Under the pieces are notes generated by a model. That model saw only the letters and a list, made by a program, of their open reading frames with translations. It was not told the origin of the DNA and did no database searches. The translations under genes were made by a program, and so were the position numbers. DNA of 64,000 bases from a virus, in IMG/VR virus record IMGVR_UViG_3300045970_000027, positions 1 through 64,000 of that record. The stretch is one strand, 5' to 3'. Positions 9,071-18,575 of this stretch are shown one piece after another (within the stretch, counting starts at the first letter, position 1; every line of letters begins with the position of its first letter).

Positions 9071-9648
9071 CCTACAACCGATTCGCCAAGCGCCGTGTCA
9101 TCCCTGCGGCTGAGATCGTCGCCTACCTCGACGCCAACCCCGAGTTCAAGGCTCTGGAGAAGAGCGGCGTCGGCATCCTGCAGGACTTCTGGTTCAACAT
9201 CCACAAGTGGGGGAAGTTGACGCCGAAGCAGGAGGAGGTCGCCCGCCGCATCCTGACTGAGAACGCCGAGAAGGAGGCGAACAAGGAGACCAAGCGCGCC
9301 GAGGTCATCGAGGCCATCCGTACGGGCGCGATCCAAGGCGTGCCAGCCGGTCGTGAGCGTCGTGTCGAGGGCGAGGTTCTCGGCATGAAGTGGCGCGACA
9401 CCGCGTTCGGGACCGTCCTCAAGATGAGGGTCAAGGCCGACGAGGGATGGACTATCTACGGGACCGTCCCCGCTCGCTGGCACGACAACCCCGACGAGGA
9501 CGAGAACCTCCACCCCGGCGACAAGGTCGCCTTCTACGCAGAACTCAGCGCTGCCGAGGACGACCCGTCCTTCGGCTTCTACAAGCGACCGAAGATGTTC
9601 AAGCGAACCTTCGCCGCTCCCTTCGTCAAGGAAGAGGTAACAGCGTGA
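9067..9648 (+). CDS. Hypothetical protein, probable OB-fold C-terminus
   Basis: 193 aa; VEGEV...FG..LKM...YGTVP...GDKV.F.A...FGFYKRP. Confidence 0.7.
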   Translation: MTYNRFAKRRVIPAAEIVAYLDANPEFKALEKSGVGILQDFWFNIHKWGKLTPKQEEVARRILTENAEKEANKETKRAEVIEAIRTGAIQGVPAGRERRVEGEVLGMKWRDTAFGTVLKMRVKADEGWTIYGTVPARWHDNPDEDENLHPGDKVAFYAELSAAEDDPSFGFYKRPKMFKRTFAAPFVKEEVTA

Positions 9649-9821
9649 CCGAGCAGGACGAGTACAACTACCCCGAGTACGGACAAGGCTGGCGGTCCAT
9701 CCTCTGCCGTGTCTACAACGGCAACATCGGCTGGCGCATCCTCTCGCTCGTCCGACTGGACAGTGCGTTCTACGACCTCCACCGGAAGTACTGCCCAGAC
9801 CTTGAGGACTGGGAACGGTGA
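9645..9821 (+). CDS. Hypothetical protein
   Basis: GAGG RBS + GTG, coupled to upstream stop. Confidence 0.55.
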   Translation: MTEQDEYNYPEYGQGWRSILCRVYNGNIGWRILSLVRLDSAFYDLHRKYCPDLEDWER

Positions 9822-9918
9822 GCCGCAACAAACTCACCCGCGCCGACCGTCAGGCCGCGTGGGCCATCCCGCTGCTGGTACTCACCGCAGCGTTCCTCAC
9901 CTACCTCTGGAGGTAGCA

Positions 9919-10245
9919 ATGACCACCATCTACACCGTCGTCCTGCGGGTCGACAAGCACGACGACTTCAATGACATCGTCCCCGGCTACGACAGCGAGG
10001 ACTGCATCGAGGTCTGGGGCATCTTCACCAACCGCGAGGATGCCTACGCCTTCCGCGCCGAGTGCGACAAGGTCTACGTCGAGCGGCTCAAGGCATACGG
10101 TCGCTTCTCGCCCTACGGCCACATCACGTTCGATGTGCAGATCCCCCGCTGGGATGACAGCCGCTCCACCGAGGTCGGCTACAACCGCGTGTACAACGCC
10201 CAGCGCGCCGTCCTCAACTACTTCCCCGAGGACGACGATGACTGA
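9919..10245 (+). CDS. Hypothetical protein
   Basis: GGAGG RBS + ATG 9919. Confidence 0.7.
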   Translation: MTTIYTVVLRVDKHDDFNDIVPGYDSEDCIEVWGIFTNREDAYAFRAECDKVYVERLKAYGRFSPYGHITFDVQIPRWDDSRSTEVGYNRVYNAQRAVLNYFPEDDDD

Positions 10246-10588
10246 GACCATCACGGTCATCCAACTCACCACGCCGTGTGGGTTCTGCATGACAGGAGCG
10301 CACACCAACTGCCGCATCGAGACCAGCCCGTGGTTCGGGAAGGTCTGGCGCTGCGGCTGCGAGTGTGACAAGTCGAAGGTCGAGCGCGTTCACACTGTGA
10401 ACGTTCCGACCATGCGGCCTGCTCGCGTGGTCGCCCTCCCCGAGGTCGAGCCAGCACCAGCACCAGTCAGCAAGCGACAGCGCCGCAAGGATGCCAAGGT
10501 CACCGCCGCAGCACAGGAAGTGCTGGACGAGATCATGGCGAGCGACGAGGTCCAAGACGAACTGAGGAAGTTCGATGATCAGCCCTGA
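10238..10588 (+). CDS. Cys-rich hypothetical protein
   Basis: CGFC..H..C...CGCEC. Confidence 0.65.
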   Translation: MTETITVIQLTTPCGFCMTGAHTNCRIETSPWFGKVWRCGCECDKSKVERVHTVNVPTMRPARVVALPEVEPAPAPVSKRQRRKDAKVTAAAQEVLDEIMASDEVQDELRKFDDQP

Positions 10589-10772
10589 GGAACAGATCGA
10601 CCTCCGGATGCTCTCCATCCTCGCCTTCACGGCGAGAGAGGGTCCACTCCACTCCGAGTTGGAAGACTTCCCAGTCTGGAAGCGAGCAGCCGTAGCGGTC
10701 ACGCCACGGCAGCACCGCTGGCGGTGGTCGGTGTACGCACCGATCATCTCCTGCCTGTACGACACGCTGTAA
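10575..10772 (+). CDS. Hypothetical protein
   Basis: ORF track; GAGG RBS. Confidence 0.5.
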   Translation: MISPEEQIDLRMLSILAFTAREGPLHSELEDFPVWKRAAVAVTPRQHRWRWSVYAPIISCLYDTL

Positions 10773-10784
10773 CTCGCACGGCAC

Positions 10785-10813
10785 TTCTCAATGTCAGATC
10801 ACCCTGCTAGGGT
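10785..10813 (+). promoter_or_regulatory. sigma70-like promoter for the AAA/VWA pair
   Basis: TTCTCA-N17-TAGGGT with extended-10 TG. Confidence 0.45.
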
Positions 10814-10856
10814 GTAACTCCTCCCACACACCGAGCACACACGACAGGAGCACCAC

Positions 10857-12302
10857 ATGTCATTCGCCCTCTTCATCGAGACCGAGGCCACCCCACAGGG
10901 CAAGCCGCAGTACCTCGTCTTCCCGGCCAAGCCGGACGAGGCCGTCATCTTCTCCCGCATCACCGATGGCGGCAAGAAGGGCCTCAACGTCTGGAGGCCT
11001 GCCACCGCTATCAGCGAGACCCTCACGCTCACCCGTGAGCCGGTAGCCGTCGTCGTGACGAGCGCTGACGTCCTCCAGTACACGGTGACCGGCTTCCCGA
11101 AGGGGACGGCCACCAAGGCGCTCGCCGCCTTCCCGAGGTCACCCGAGACCACGGTCACGGTCGCCGATCTCGGTGACATCGTCCAGCGGGTGGCGACCTC
11201 CGACCTCACCCTGAACGCGTACATCCTCGACGGTCGCCGCGTGCGTCCGGTCGTCTTCGCGACCACACCGACACCGACCCCGTCCGGTGTCGTCACCCCT
11301 GCTGGTGCTGCCACCCCGGCCCCGCCCATCGAGGTCATCGTGCAGGACCCCGAGACGAAGGTCACCACGATCACCGTGCAGGCGACCCAGCCGACGCACG
11401 TCGTCCGGATGGCGCTCGTCCCCGACATCAAGGAGGCCAAGCGGTACATCCACCGCAAGGTCTCCGGTGTCTCGGACTTCTCGATCCTCGACTACGCCCG
11501 AGCGAACGGCCTCAACTGCCTCCTCTACGGACCGACTGGCTCTGCCAAGACGACCGTCGCGCGAGCGTTCGCGGCCAAGAACAACATGCCCGTCTTCATG
11601 GTCTCGGGGACGGTCTCACTTGAGGCATCGGCTCTCTTCGGTCGGTACATCCCCGACGGTGTCGGCGGCTTCGTCTGGCAGGACGGTGGCGTCACCGAAC
11701 TCGCCCGCAATGGTGGGATGCTGATTCTGGATGAGGTCAACTTCATCCCCAGCAAGATCGCCACGGTCCTCTTCAGCCTTCTGGCCGAGACCACCCGCTC
11801 GCTGACCCTGCTCGACCATAAGGGCGAGACCATCATGGCTCACCCCGATCTCATGATCGTCGCGACGATGAACCCGAACTACGTCGGGACGCAGGAGATG
11901 AACCAAGCCTTCCGCAACCGCTTCTCGTTGCAGATGGCGTGGGGCTACGACGACAAGGTCGAGAAGGTCCTCGTCCCCTTCAAGGCCCTCCGCGAACTCG
12001 CTGCCCAACTCCGTGAGTCGGAGGCAAAGCAGGAGATCATGACGCCGATCCCGACCAACGCGCTCATGGACTTCATCGAGATCAGCAAGGGTCTCGGCCT
12101 CGACTTCGCCATCAGCAACTTCCTCGCGAGGTTCGCTGATGACGAGATCAAGAAGGTCACCCTCGTCGTGGACGCACACCGCCTCAACATCGAGTCCGAC
12201 CTCTCCAAGGTCGCCCTCCCCGATGTCGAGGTCGATGAGGAAGAGGCAGCCGTCACGGTCGACCCCCTGCGCTCGCTGGCAGACATCGACCTCTCCCTCT
12301 AG
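10857..12302 (+). CDS. MoxR/CbbQ/CobS-family AAA+ ATPase
   Basis: Walker A GPTGSAKT, WQDG, Walker B LILDEVN, ATMNPNY.GT..MNQAFRNRF. Confidence 0.9.
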   Translation: MSFALFIETEATPQGKPQYLVFPAKPDEAVIFSRITDGGKKGLNVWRPATAISETLTLTREPVAVVVTSADVLQYTVTGFPKGTATKALAAFPRSPETTVTVADLGDIVQRVATSDLTLNAYILDGRRVRPVVFATTPTPTPSGVVTPAGAATPAPPIEVIVQDPETKVTTITVQATQPTHVVRMALVPDIKEAKRYIHRKVSGVSDFSILDYARANGLNCLLYGPTGSAKTTVARAFAAKNNMPVFMVSGTVSLEASALFGRYIPDGVGGFVWQDGGVTELARNGGMLILDEVNFIPSKIATVLFSLLAETTRSLTLLDHKGETIMAHPDLMIVATMNPNYVGTQEMNQAFRNRFSLQMAWGYDDKVEKVLVPFKALRELAAQLRESEAKQEIMTPIPTNALMDFIEISKGLGLDFAISNFLARFADDEIKKVTLVVDAHRLNIESDLSKVALPDVEVDEEEAAVTVDPLRSLADIDLSL

Positions 12303-12309
12303 CACGACC

Positions 12310-12346
12310 GGGGGCGTTCACAGTGTGAAAGCCGTGAGCGCCCCCG
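12310..12346 (+). terminator. Stem-loop enclosing a 13-bp motif copy
   Basis: GGGGGCGTTCAC...GTGAGCGCCCCC. Confidence 0.45.
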
Positions 12347-12374
12347 CCACAAACTCCTGACAGGAAGGCACACC

Positions 12375-14366
12375 ATGACTCAGTACGCCCCAATGCACAA
12401 CAGCCACTGGAAGGCTGGCAAGCAGTCGGAGGAGGAGATCCTCACCAAGCAGCAGCAGATCCGCGAGCGGCTCCTCTCAGTGACGGGGATCTACCAAGGT
12501 GCCGACCGCATCCTGACCGGCGAGAGGCTGCAGGTATGCCTGCAGGACGCCCCCGGCTCCCCGGCCGCATGGACTGACGGGACGACGATCTTCTTCAACA
12601 CGTCGGTCATCGAGAGTGTCGACGCCAACTCGATCCCCCGCATGCACGGGATGAACTTCCATGAGTTGGCCCACGTCCTCTACTCCCCCCGCAAGGGGAC
12701 CTCGCTCGTCTTCTGGATCATGGACAACGGCTACAAGCGTGCGGCCAACGTCCTTGAGGACCAGCGGATCGAGACCCTGCTCACCACCCGCTACCCGAGC
12801 ACGTCACCTTGGCTTCAGGCGACCGTGCTTCGGTGGGTACTGGTCGGTGGCGTAACCGATACCGGCTACCTCTGGGTGCGTGGACGCAAGTACCTCGACG
12901 GTCGCGTGCGTGGCGCTCTCCGCGCTGCCTTCGCCCGTCAGGATCTCCTCCCCGAGGTCGACGCCATCGTGGACGAGTACCGCACTCTCGCCTTCCCGGC
13001 CGACTACGAGAAGGCCAAGCCCCTCATCGAGCGCTACGCCGAGATCCTCCGCGAGGTCAACCCGCCTCAGAACGAAGACGGCCCCAGCGGTTGTGAGGGT
13101 CGCCCCGTCGACATCGACAAGGGACGCCCGAAGGGGCAGACCGAGCAGAAGCAGACCCGCGACAAGGCGAAGGATGGTGAGGACGAGGTCGAGCCTCAGC
13201 CGAAGCCTGAGTCGAAGGATGAGGACGCCGACGAGGCTGACGAGTCCGAAGGTCAAGGCGACGAGCAGGGCGACGAGTCCGATGAGGGCGACGAGTCCGA
13301 GGGTCAGGGTCAGGGCGACGCCGAGGGCGACGAGGCAGGAGAGGCTGGCGAGCCCAGCGACTCCGGCGAGTCTGACTCAGAGTCTGGCAAGGGTGAGCAG
13401 TCTGGCAAGGGCCAGAAGGGTCAGTCCGAGTCGGCCGACGCCAACGATGCCGAGCCTTCGGGTAACGCTGCTGGCAACGGGGCTGGCTCCAAGGAGAACA
13501 TCCTCAGGAACATCTGCGAGGACGTCCTCGATGAGATCCTCAACAGCGACGTCGTCAAGGAAGACATCCGGCAGACCCAGCGCACCCTGCGTGGGCTGAC
13601 CGGCTCCGACATCCTTGAGCGTGCGTCGTGGACTCCGCAGGAGCCGAACGTCGAGTTCGGTCTCAAGTTCGGGGAACTCTTCCGCTCCCTGAGCCGCCTC
13701 CTGCAGCAGGCCGATCCCGGCTGGCACGACCGTCAGGCGTCCGGCCGGATCAACGTCGACCGCTTCACCCGTGAGAAGGATTACGGGTCGGCGTTCGATA
13801 CGTGGGACGACGGTGTCCATGAGGCGTCCTCACTTGAGGTCGTCATTGCGGTTGACGAGTCGGGTTCGATGAACTCAGTTCGCAACCAGTCGATCTCGGC
13901 GATGTGGGTTCTCAAGCGCGCACTCGACAAGATCGGTGCGTCGGCGACCGTCCTCACGTTCGATGACTCCTCTCGCATCCTCTACCACCGGACCGAGCGG
14001 GCGACGACCGACGTGCGGTACTCGTTCCACGCTGGTGGGACGAACCCGGTCGACGCCTTCTCGCAGGCCGCTCGCATCTTCGCTGGCTCCGACAAGGCCC
14101 AGAAGGTGCTGATCGTCTTCACCGATGGTGAGTGGTACGCCGACTCCGATGAGGACGGCGTGTCGAGCGAGGAGTACATAGCGCGGCTCAACAGCGCTGG
14201 CGTCATCACCGCTCTCGGCTTCATCAAGTCGGGTGGCTACGGGAACTACGGGTCCAACAACAGCCACGGTGTGCAGATGCACCAGTCGGTGACTGTGGAC
14301 GACCTCGTCCCCTTCGTCAGCGGGATCGTCACCGAGTCGATCCGGCGCACGATGCGTCGTCGCTAG
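12375..14366 (+). CDS. CobT-like VWA protein (HExxH N-domain, acidic linker, VWA/MIDAS)
   Basis: HELAH, NVLEDQRIE, D/E/G/S-rich linker, VDESGSM, GGT, FTDGE. Confidence 0.9.
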   Translation: MTQYAPMHNSHWKAGKQSEEEILTKQQQIRERLLSVTGIYQGADRILTGERLQVCLQDAPGSPAAWTDGTTIFFNTSVIESVDANSIPRMHGMNFHELAHVLYSPRKGTSLVFWIMDNGYKRAANVLEDQRIETLLTTRYPSTSPWLQATVLRWVLVGGVTDTGYLWVRGRKYLDGRVRGALRAAFARQDLLPEVDAIVDEYRTLAFPADYEKAKPLIERYAEILREVNPPQNEDGPSGCEGRPVDIDKGRPKGQTEQKQTRDKAKDGEDEVEPQPKPESKDEDADEADESEGQGDEQGDESDEGDESEGQGQGDAEGDEAGEAGEPSDSGESDSESGKGEQSGKGQKGQSESADANDAEPSGNAAGNGAGSKENILRNICEDVLDEILNSDVVKEDIRQTQRTLRGLTGSDILERASWTPQEPNVEFGLKFGELFRSLSRLLQQADPGWHDRQASGRINVDRFTREKDYGSAFDTWDDGVHEASSLEVVIAVDESGSMNSVRNQSISAMWVLKRALDKIGASATVLTFDDSSRILYHRTERATTDVRYSFHAGGTNPVDAFSQAARIFAGSDKAQKVLIVFTDGEWYADSDEDGVSSEEYIARLNSAGVITALGFIKSGGYGNYGSNNSHGVQMHQSVTVDDLVPFVSGIVTESIRRTMRRR

Positions 14367-14372
14367 CAGTCA

Positions 14373-14398
14373 GGGGGTGCGTCAACCGGCGCACCCCC
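14373..14398 (+). terminator. Stem-loop after VWA gene
   Basis: GGGGGTGCG...CGCACCCCC. Confidence 0.55.
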
Positions 14399-14425
14399 AA
14401 CCCTTCACAGTGTGAAAGGAATGTC

Positions 14426-14647
14426 ATGTCAGACCCGAGGTACGCCGATAGGTACGCGTACGACTACATCCCATCCATCCAGCCGCTGCCTACTGACAAC
14501 GCGCAGCAGTTCACCGTCCCGTTCAACGACCCGCGCTCGTTCGGGCGACCGACCGGGGATCCGTACCACAACAGCGGGGTCGACCCCGTCATGTTCGGTC
14601 TCGGGTTCTTCACCATGACCGCGATCATCAACTCCTTCCGTAGATAG
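14426..14647 (+). CDS. Small protein with hydrophobic C-terminus
   Basis: AAGGA RBS; ORF track. Confidence 0.55.
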   Translation: MSDPRYADRYAYDYIPSIQPLPTDNAQQFTVPFNDPRSFGRPTGDPYHNSGVDPVMFGLGFFTMTAIINSFRR

Positions 14648-14747
14648 CCGCCACAAACGCGCCGCTCCAGCGGGGTCATCAGGGGCAGCACCTGACGGCG
14701 CACCATACGTAAGCCATTCACACTGTGAACGAAAGAGAGGGAGCATC

Positions 14748-15497
14748 GTGAAGATCGCAGAACTGAAGGTCGGGGACATCGTGCAGGTCTCCGGTACCGC
14801 GTCCAACTACAACTGCATCATCCTCGCCATCGGCCGCTGGGAGGCAAAGCCGTGGGAGGCCGACCCCAAGAGTGGTGGCTACGTCAAGCATACGTTCGCC
14901 GTGCGCGGCCGTGAGTACACGACCCAGCAGTGGTTCACCCACGACGCCAGCCTGACCCGCGACCGAGTGGTCTTGGCCGAGATGCGCGATGGTGGGTACG
15001 TCATCTCCAAGTCTGCCGCCGTAGTCCGCTACCCCGTCACCGATGACGACCGCATCCATACGATCCTGCATGGGGAGGCTGCGGCCAACGCGGAGGCGCT
15101 GAAGAACGATGCGATCAACGAAGTCCTCAGGTCGATGGTCAGCACCAAGATGGAGGTCCTCGCGGCCGTCGCAGGCTTCTCCAATAGGGATGCCGAGGGT
15201 TGGATGCACCGGTACAACAACCCGTTCTACGAGTTCCTGTCCGCCCTCAGGACGAAGGAGGACTTCATCCAGCAGATGTTCCTCCTCTGGATGAAGTACT
15301 CGCAGGCACGCGGGGAGACCATCAACGGGCTCGACCCGGCCGACCTCATCGAGCAGTACACCGATGTGATCAAGGAGCACCGGGCCATGACGGCCGAGCG
15401 GCCAGCCCTACTACAGAAGGCACGCGAGACCGCTGGCGTGCAGATCGGCTCAGACGAGTGGAACGCCCCCCTCACCCTCGATGGAGTAGCAGCATGA
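14748..15497 (+). CDS. Hypothetical protein
   Basis: 249 aa; GAGGGAG RBS. Confidence 0.8.
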   Translation: MKIAELKVGDIVQVSGTASNYNCIILAIGRWEAKPWEADPKSGGYVKHTFAVRGREYTTQQWFTHDASLTRDRVVLAEMRDGGYVISKSAAVVRYPVTDDDRIHTILHGEAAANAEALKNDAINEVLRSMVSTKMEVLAAVAGFSNRDAEGWMHRYNNPFYEFLSALRTKEDFIQQMFLLWMKYSQARGETINGLDPADLIEQYTDVIKEHRAMTAERPALLQKARETAGVQIGSDEWNAPLTLDGVAA

Positions 15498-15838
15498 ACG
15501 ACGACATCTTCGATCCATGGCCTACGACCGACAGCCTCGCGGAGTACAGGACCGTGATCGCCGCCATTGGTGCGTACAAGACCCCAGATGCCGGGAACGC
15601 CCTGCCTCCCCGCCAACTGCGGAAGTCACCGGACGACGAGTTCAACATCACCTTCATCGTCACCGTCAAGCGTGGGGACAAGAAGGGTGGCGTGGTCGAC
15701 CTCAACAACCGTCTAGTCAGGGAGGCACTCTCCACTCTGGCTAACGCCTACTTTGAGGGTGGGGAGACCATCGAGGGACTCGATAGCCACCCGTCGATCC
15801 TCGACACGCGGGTCTTCCCGGCGGGGCGTACGTCGTGA
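15494..15838 (+). CDS. Hypothetical protein
   Basis: GGAG RBS, ATGA coupling. Confidence 0.65.
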   Translation: MNDDIFDPWPTTDSLAEYRTVIAAIGAYKTPDAGNALPPRQLRKSPDDEFNITFIVTVKRGDKKGGVVDLNNRLVREALSTLANAYFEGGETIEGLDSHPSILDTRVFPAGRTS

Positions 15839-16344
15839 GCAGGGAGGTGGTCATCAAGTTCACCGTCTCCTTCCCTGAGGACGCGTTCTACGACTCGGAT
15901 GACAAGGAGATGTACGAGTACGCGCTACGGCACCTCGCCCGTTCGTTCTTCGATGCCGAGGGTGACATCCGAGCCGCCATGGCTAACGATAGGTGGGGTG
16001 CCGAGTGGTCGTGGCGGGAGGCCGACCGGTATACGTACGAAGAACTCGACCGAACGCCTCCACAACCACCGGCCGTCCTCACCACCTCAGCGGTGCAGAG
16101 CGCCGTCCAGAAGTTGAGGCAGCAGTCGTACGCCCAGATGTACCAACCCGCTGTCATCGGTGCCGACTTGTCGCACCTCATCGGGCACAACATGAGCGTC
16201 TACCTCGACCAGTACTCCGCTGCCGTCGAGCGCGAGGCCCCACCTGTCTTCGACCCGAACCGTATCGGTGAACTACTGGCCGAGAAGAAGGGGAAGACCT
16301 ACCCCGGCAAGACCGTCAAGTTCAACAGGAAGGGAAGCAAATGA
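15835..16344 (+). CDS. Hypothetical protein
   Basis: 169 aa, coupled. Confidence 0.7.
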   Translation: MSREVVIKFTVSFPEDAFYDSDDKEMYEYALRHLARSFFDAEGDIRAAMANDRWGAEWSWREADRYTYEELDRTPPQPPAVLTTSAVQSAVQKLRQQSYAQMYQPAVIGADLSHLIGHNMSVYLDQYSAAVEREAPPVFDPNRIGELLAEKKGKTYPGKTVKFNRKGSK

Positions 16345-16730
16345 GCGAGCGACCAGAAGTAGACCCAATCGACTACCTGCTGGCTGACCTCCACCGCGTC
16401 CTCTGCGGAGAGGGTGTCCACATGGGGCCGTGCCCCAACCCGCTGGCAGAGCAGGTCCTGCACAGGCCGTCCACGCGAATCTGGCTGGAGCGCGTCGTGT
16501 CCGGTGCCCGTGCTGATGAGCGTGAGAACTGGGAGCCGATGGTCCAAGCCCTGACCGACGAACTGCTGGCTAAGGATCAACCGCCAGATCCGAGCATGGG
16601 CGCTCAGTACCTCGCTGGCGTCAAGGCTGCGCGCGACGCGGTGGCTGCCACTGAACTGCGGGTGTTACACGCCAAGGGTGACGCCCTCGCCGCTATCGAC
16701 GGCCTTGGGGCTAGCGAGTCGCCTCTGTGA
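16341..16730 (+). CDS. Hypothetical protein carrying the AGVKAARDAV..ALAAIDG module
   Basis: C-terminus shared with 18572, 20532 and 21092 genes. Confidence 0.65.
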   Translation: MSERPEVDPIDYLLADLHRVLCGEGVHMGPCPNPLAEQVLHRPSTRIWLERVVSGARADERENWEPMVQALTDELLAKDQPPDPSMGAQYLAGVKAARDAVAATELRVLHAKGDALAAIDGLGASESPL

Positions 16731-17049
16731 ACTGGACGATGAGGGCCTCAGGTACACGACCCTTCTCGTTGACCTCGATCCCGTTCCTCTTCGCCCACTC
16801 CCGCACGTCCTTGGTGTCAACCTTCACACGACGAGGGGAAGGCGCACTGAGCGCCTCAGGTCTCGGTGAGGTGTCGGCACCAAGGCGGCGGGCTTTGGGG
16901 ATGAACGACTCGATCAGGTCGATCAGGTCACCACCATGCTTCTCGCATAGGTCGGCCTCGTAGAACGCCGACTGCCAGCCCAGCCTCACGGGATCCCGGT
17001 TAGTGGGGGCCTCGCATACGTCACAGATTCTCATCAACCTAGTAGCCAT
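16711..17049 (-). CDS. lsr2: Lsr2-family nucleoid/xenogeneic-silencer-like protein
   Basis: YEADL dimerisation motif; VREWAKRNGIEVNEKGRVP AT-hook domain; ATG 17049. Confidence 0.85.
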   Translation of the reverse strand: MATRLMRICDVCEAPTNRDPVRLGWQSAFYEADLCEKHGGDLIDLIESFIPKARRLGADTSPRPEALSAPSPRRVKVDTKDVREWAKRNGIEVNEKGRVPEALIVQFTEATR

Positions 17050-17064
17050 AAAGGAGATCAAACC

Positions 17065-17274
17065 ATGTCCGACCTCATGGATACGACCGCAGTAGCAAAC
17101 TACGTCGGTCTGAAACGAGAGACCGTCCGCTGGTACCACAAGTTCGACAAGATGCCGCCAGCCGACAAGTACTTCGGCCGCTCCCCCGTCTGGGAGAAGA
17201 CGACCATCGACCAGTGGGTAATCGACCGCGACACCGTTCACACCGTGAACGACAACGAGGAGGAGGAGTCATGA
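17065..17274 (+). CDS. AlpA/excisionase-like HTH DNA-binding protein
   Basis: LMDTTAVANYVGLKRETVRWY...P.P...GRSPVW....IDQW; AAGGAG RBS. Confidence 0.75.
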   Translation: MSDLMDTTAVANYVGLKRETVRWYHKFDKMPPADKYFGRSPVWEKTTIDQWVIDRDTVHTVNDNEEEES

Positions 17275-17609
17275 AGAAGTTCGTAATCGCTGTAGCACTC
17301 GCCGCTGCCTCTCTGACGGCCTGCGCTGGAACACCGACTGCCACCGTGACAGTCACCGAGACGGCCGCGCCTGTTCCTGACGCCCCTGTCTACACCGAGG
17401 AGCCGTTCACTCTGGAGTACATGGAGCGGCTCTGGCAGTACTCCAACGACGACGACCGTACTGGGGTATGCGCCAGTTTCATCATGACGCCCGAAGATGC
17501 GTGGGCTGGCTTCGATACCAAGCAGCGCTCGATCCAGCCACCGCCCTACATCACCATCGACCAGTTCTACGACTTCTTCAATAGAAAGTGTGGTGTCAGC
17601 AATGAGTAA
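17271..17609 (+). CDS. Lipoprotein
   Basis: MKKFVIAVALAAASLTAC lipobox; GGAGGAG RBS. Confidence 0.8.
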   Translation: MKKFVIAVALAAASLTACAGTPTATVTVTETAAPVPDAPVYTEEPFTLEYMERLWQYSNDDDRTGVCASFIMTPEDAWAGFDTKQRSIQPPPYITIDQFYDFFNRKCGVSNE

Positions 17610-18015
17610 CCATGTTGGTCTCCCAGTCATCGAGGTCACCGATACCGTCATCCCGGTAGGTAAGCCGAAGGGGAAGGTCACCTCGCTCGTCAAGACCGTC
17701 CTCTACTCCAACGGGGATACCGTCTACCGGTGTTCCGAGTGCGAGCGGGAGTTCCCGAAGTACATCTCCGTCATCGGGCACCTCAAGGCCCACCGCGACC
17801 GTAAGAGGTTGCGGGAGACGAGCGAGGTCCGGAAGGCCATCGAGATCCTGCAGAAGGTGGCCGAGCAGCCGACTCCGTCCGAGATCGCGAAGGTCATGAG
17901 GGAGAACAACAGCCTCAAGACCCGCCTCCGGAAGGAGCAGGCGGCTCGTCGTCAGGCCGAGAAGGATCTCCGCTACCTGCGGTCGTTCCTCCGTCAGGCG
18001 GTGGAGGCGGCATGA
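17602..18015 (+). CDS. C2H2 zinc-finger + coiled-coil protein
   Basis: YRCSECEREFPKYISVIGHLKAH. Confidence 0.7.
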   Translation: MSNHVGLPVIEVTDTVIPVGKPKGKVTSLVKTVLYSNGDTVYRCSECEREFPKYISVIGHLKAHRDRKRLRETSEVRKAIEILQKVAEQPTPSEIAKVMRENNSLKTRLRKEQAARRQAEKDLRYLRSFLRQAVEAA

Positions 18016-18575
18016 GTGAGATGTTCGTAGACGGACGTGACGATGGTCCGTGGGTCAAGGCCAAGGACGCCGAGGCCGCTGTCGCAGCAGCCCGACTAGA
18101 GGGTCGCAAGATGGCGATAGAGGAGAACCTTCCGATCTGGGAAACCGATGTCGCAGCAGCCCGAGCGGAGGGGCCAAAGGTCGGATACCACTCGCAGCGA
18201 TGTCAGCACTGCGATCACATCAGAGCAGCACACGCGCTGACCGCGAGCGGGTGTCTCGGTCACGCCCTGCCCGGTAGGCCGGGAGCCGAGTGCCCGTGCA
18301 GCGAGTTTGAGGGAGACAGCAGAATGAGTAAGCATCTGCCCGAGTGCCCTTGCGATATCTCGCTGAGCCAGTTCTGCATCTGTGATCGTCTGCGTACAGC
18401 CGAGCAGCGGGGCTACAAGCGCGGCATGGACGTGAACTACGACGGCAACATCAAGGCCGCGTTCGCTGACGGTCTGGAGGCTGCGCTGGAAGTTATCAGC
18501 CCGTGGGCCGATCTTGGACCCGCTGGGGCGCAGGCGTATCTCGATGTCGCCAAGTTGTTGGAGGGGAAGCCATGA
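18012..18575 (+). CDS. Composite hypothetical protein; internal in-frame start at 18324 begins an HLPEC..CIC module
   Basis: ORF track; GAGGGAG RBS before ATG 18324. Confidence 0.65.
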   Translation: MSEMFVDGRDDGPWVKAKDAEAAVAAARLEGRKMAIEENLPIWETDVAAARAEGPKVGYHSQRCQHCDHIRAAHALTASGCLGHALPGRPGAECPCSEFEGDSRMSKHLPECPCDISLSQFCICDRLRTAEQRGYKRGMDVNYDGNIKAAFADGLEAALEVISPWADLGPAGAQAYLDVAKLLEGKP

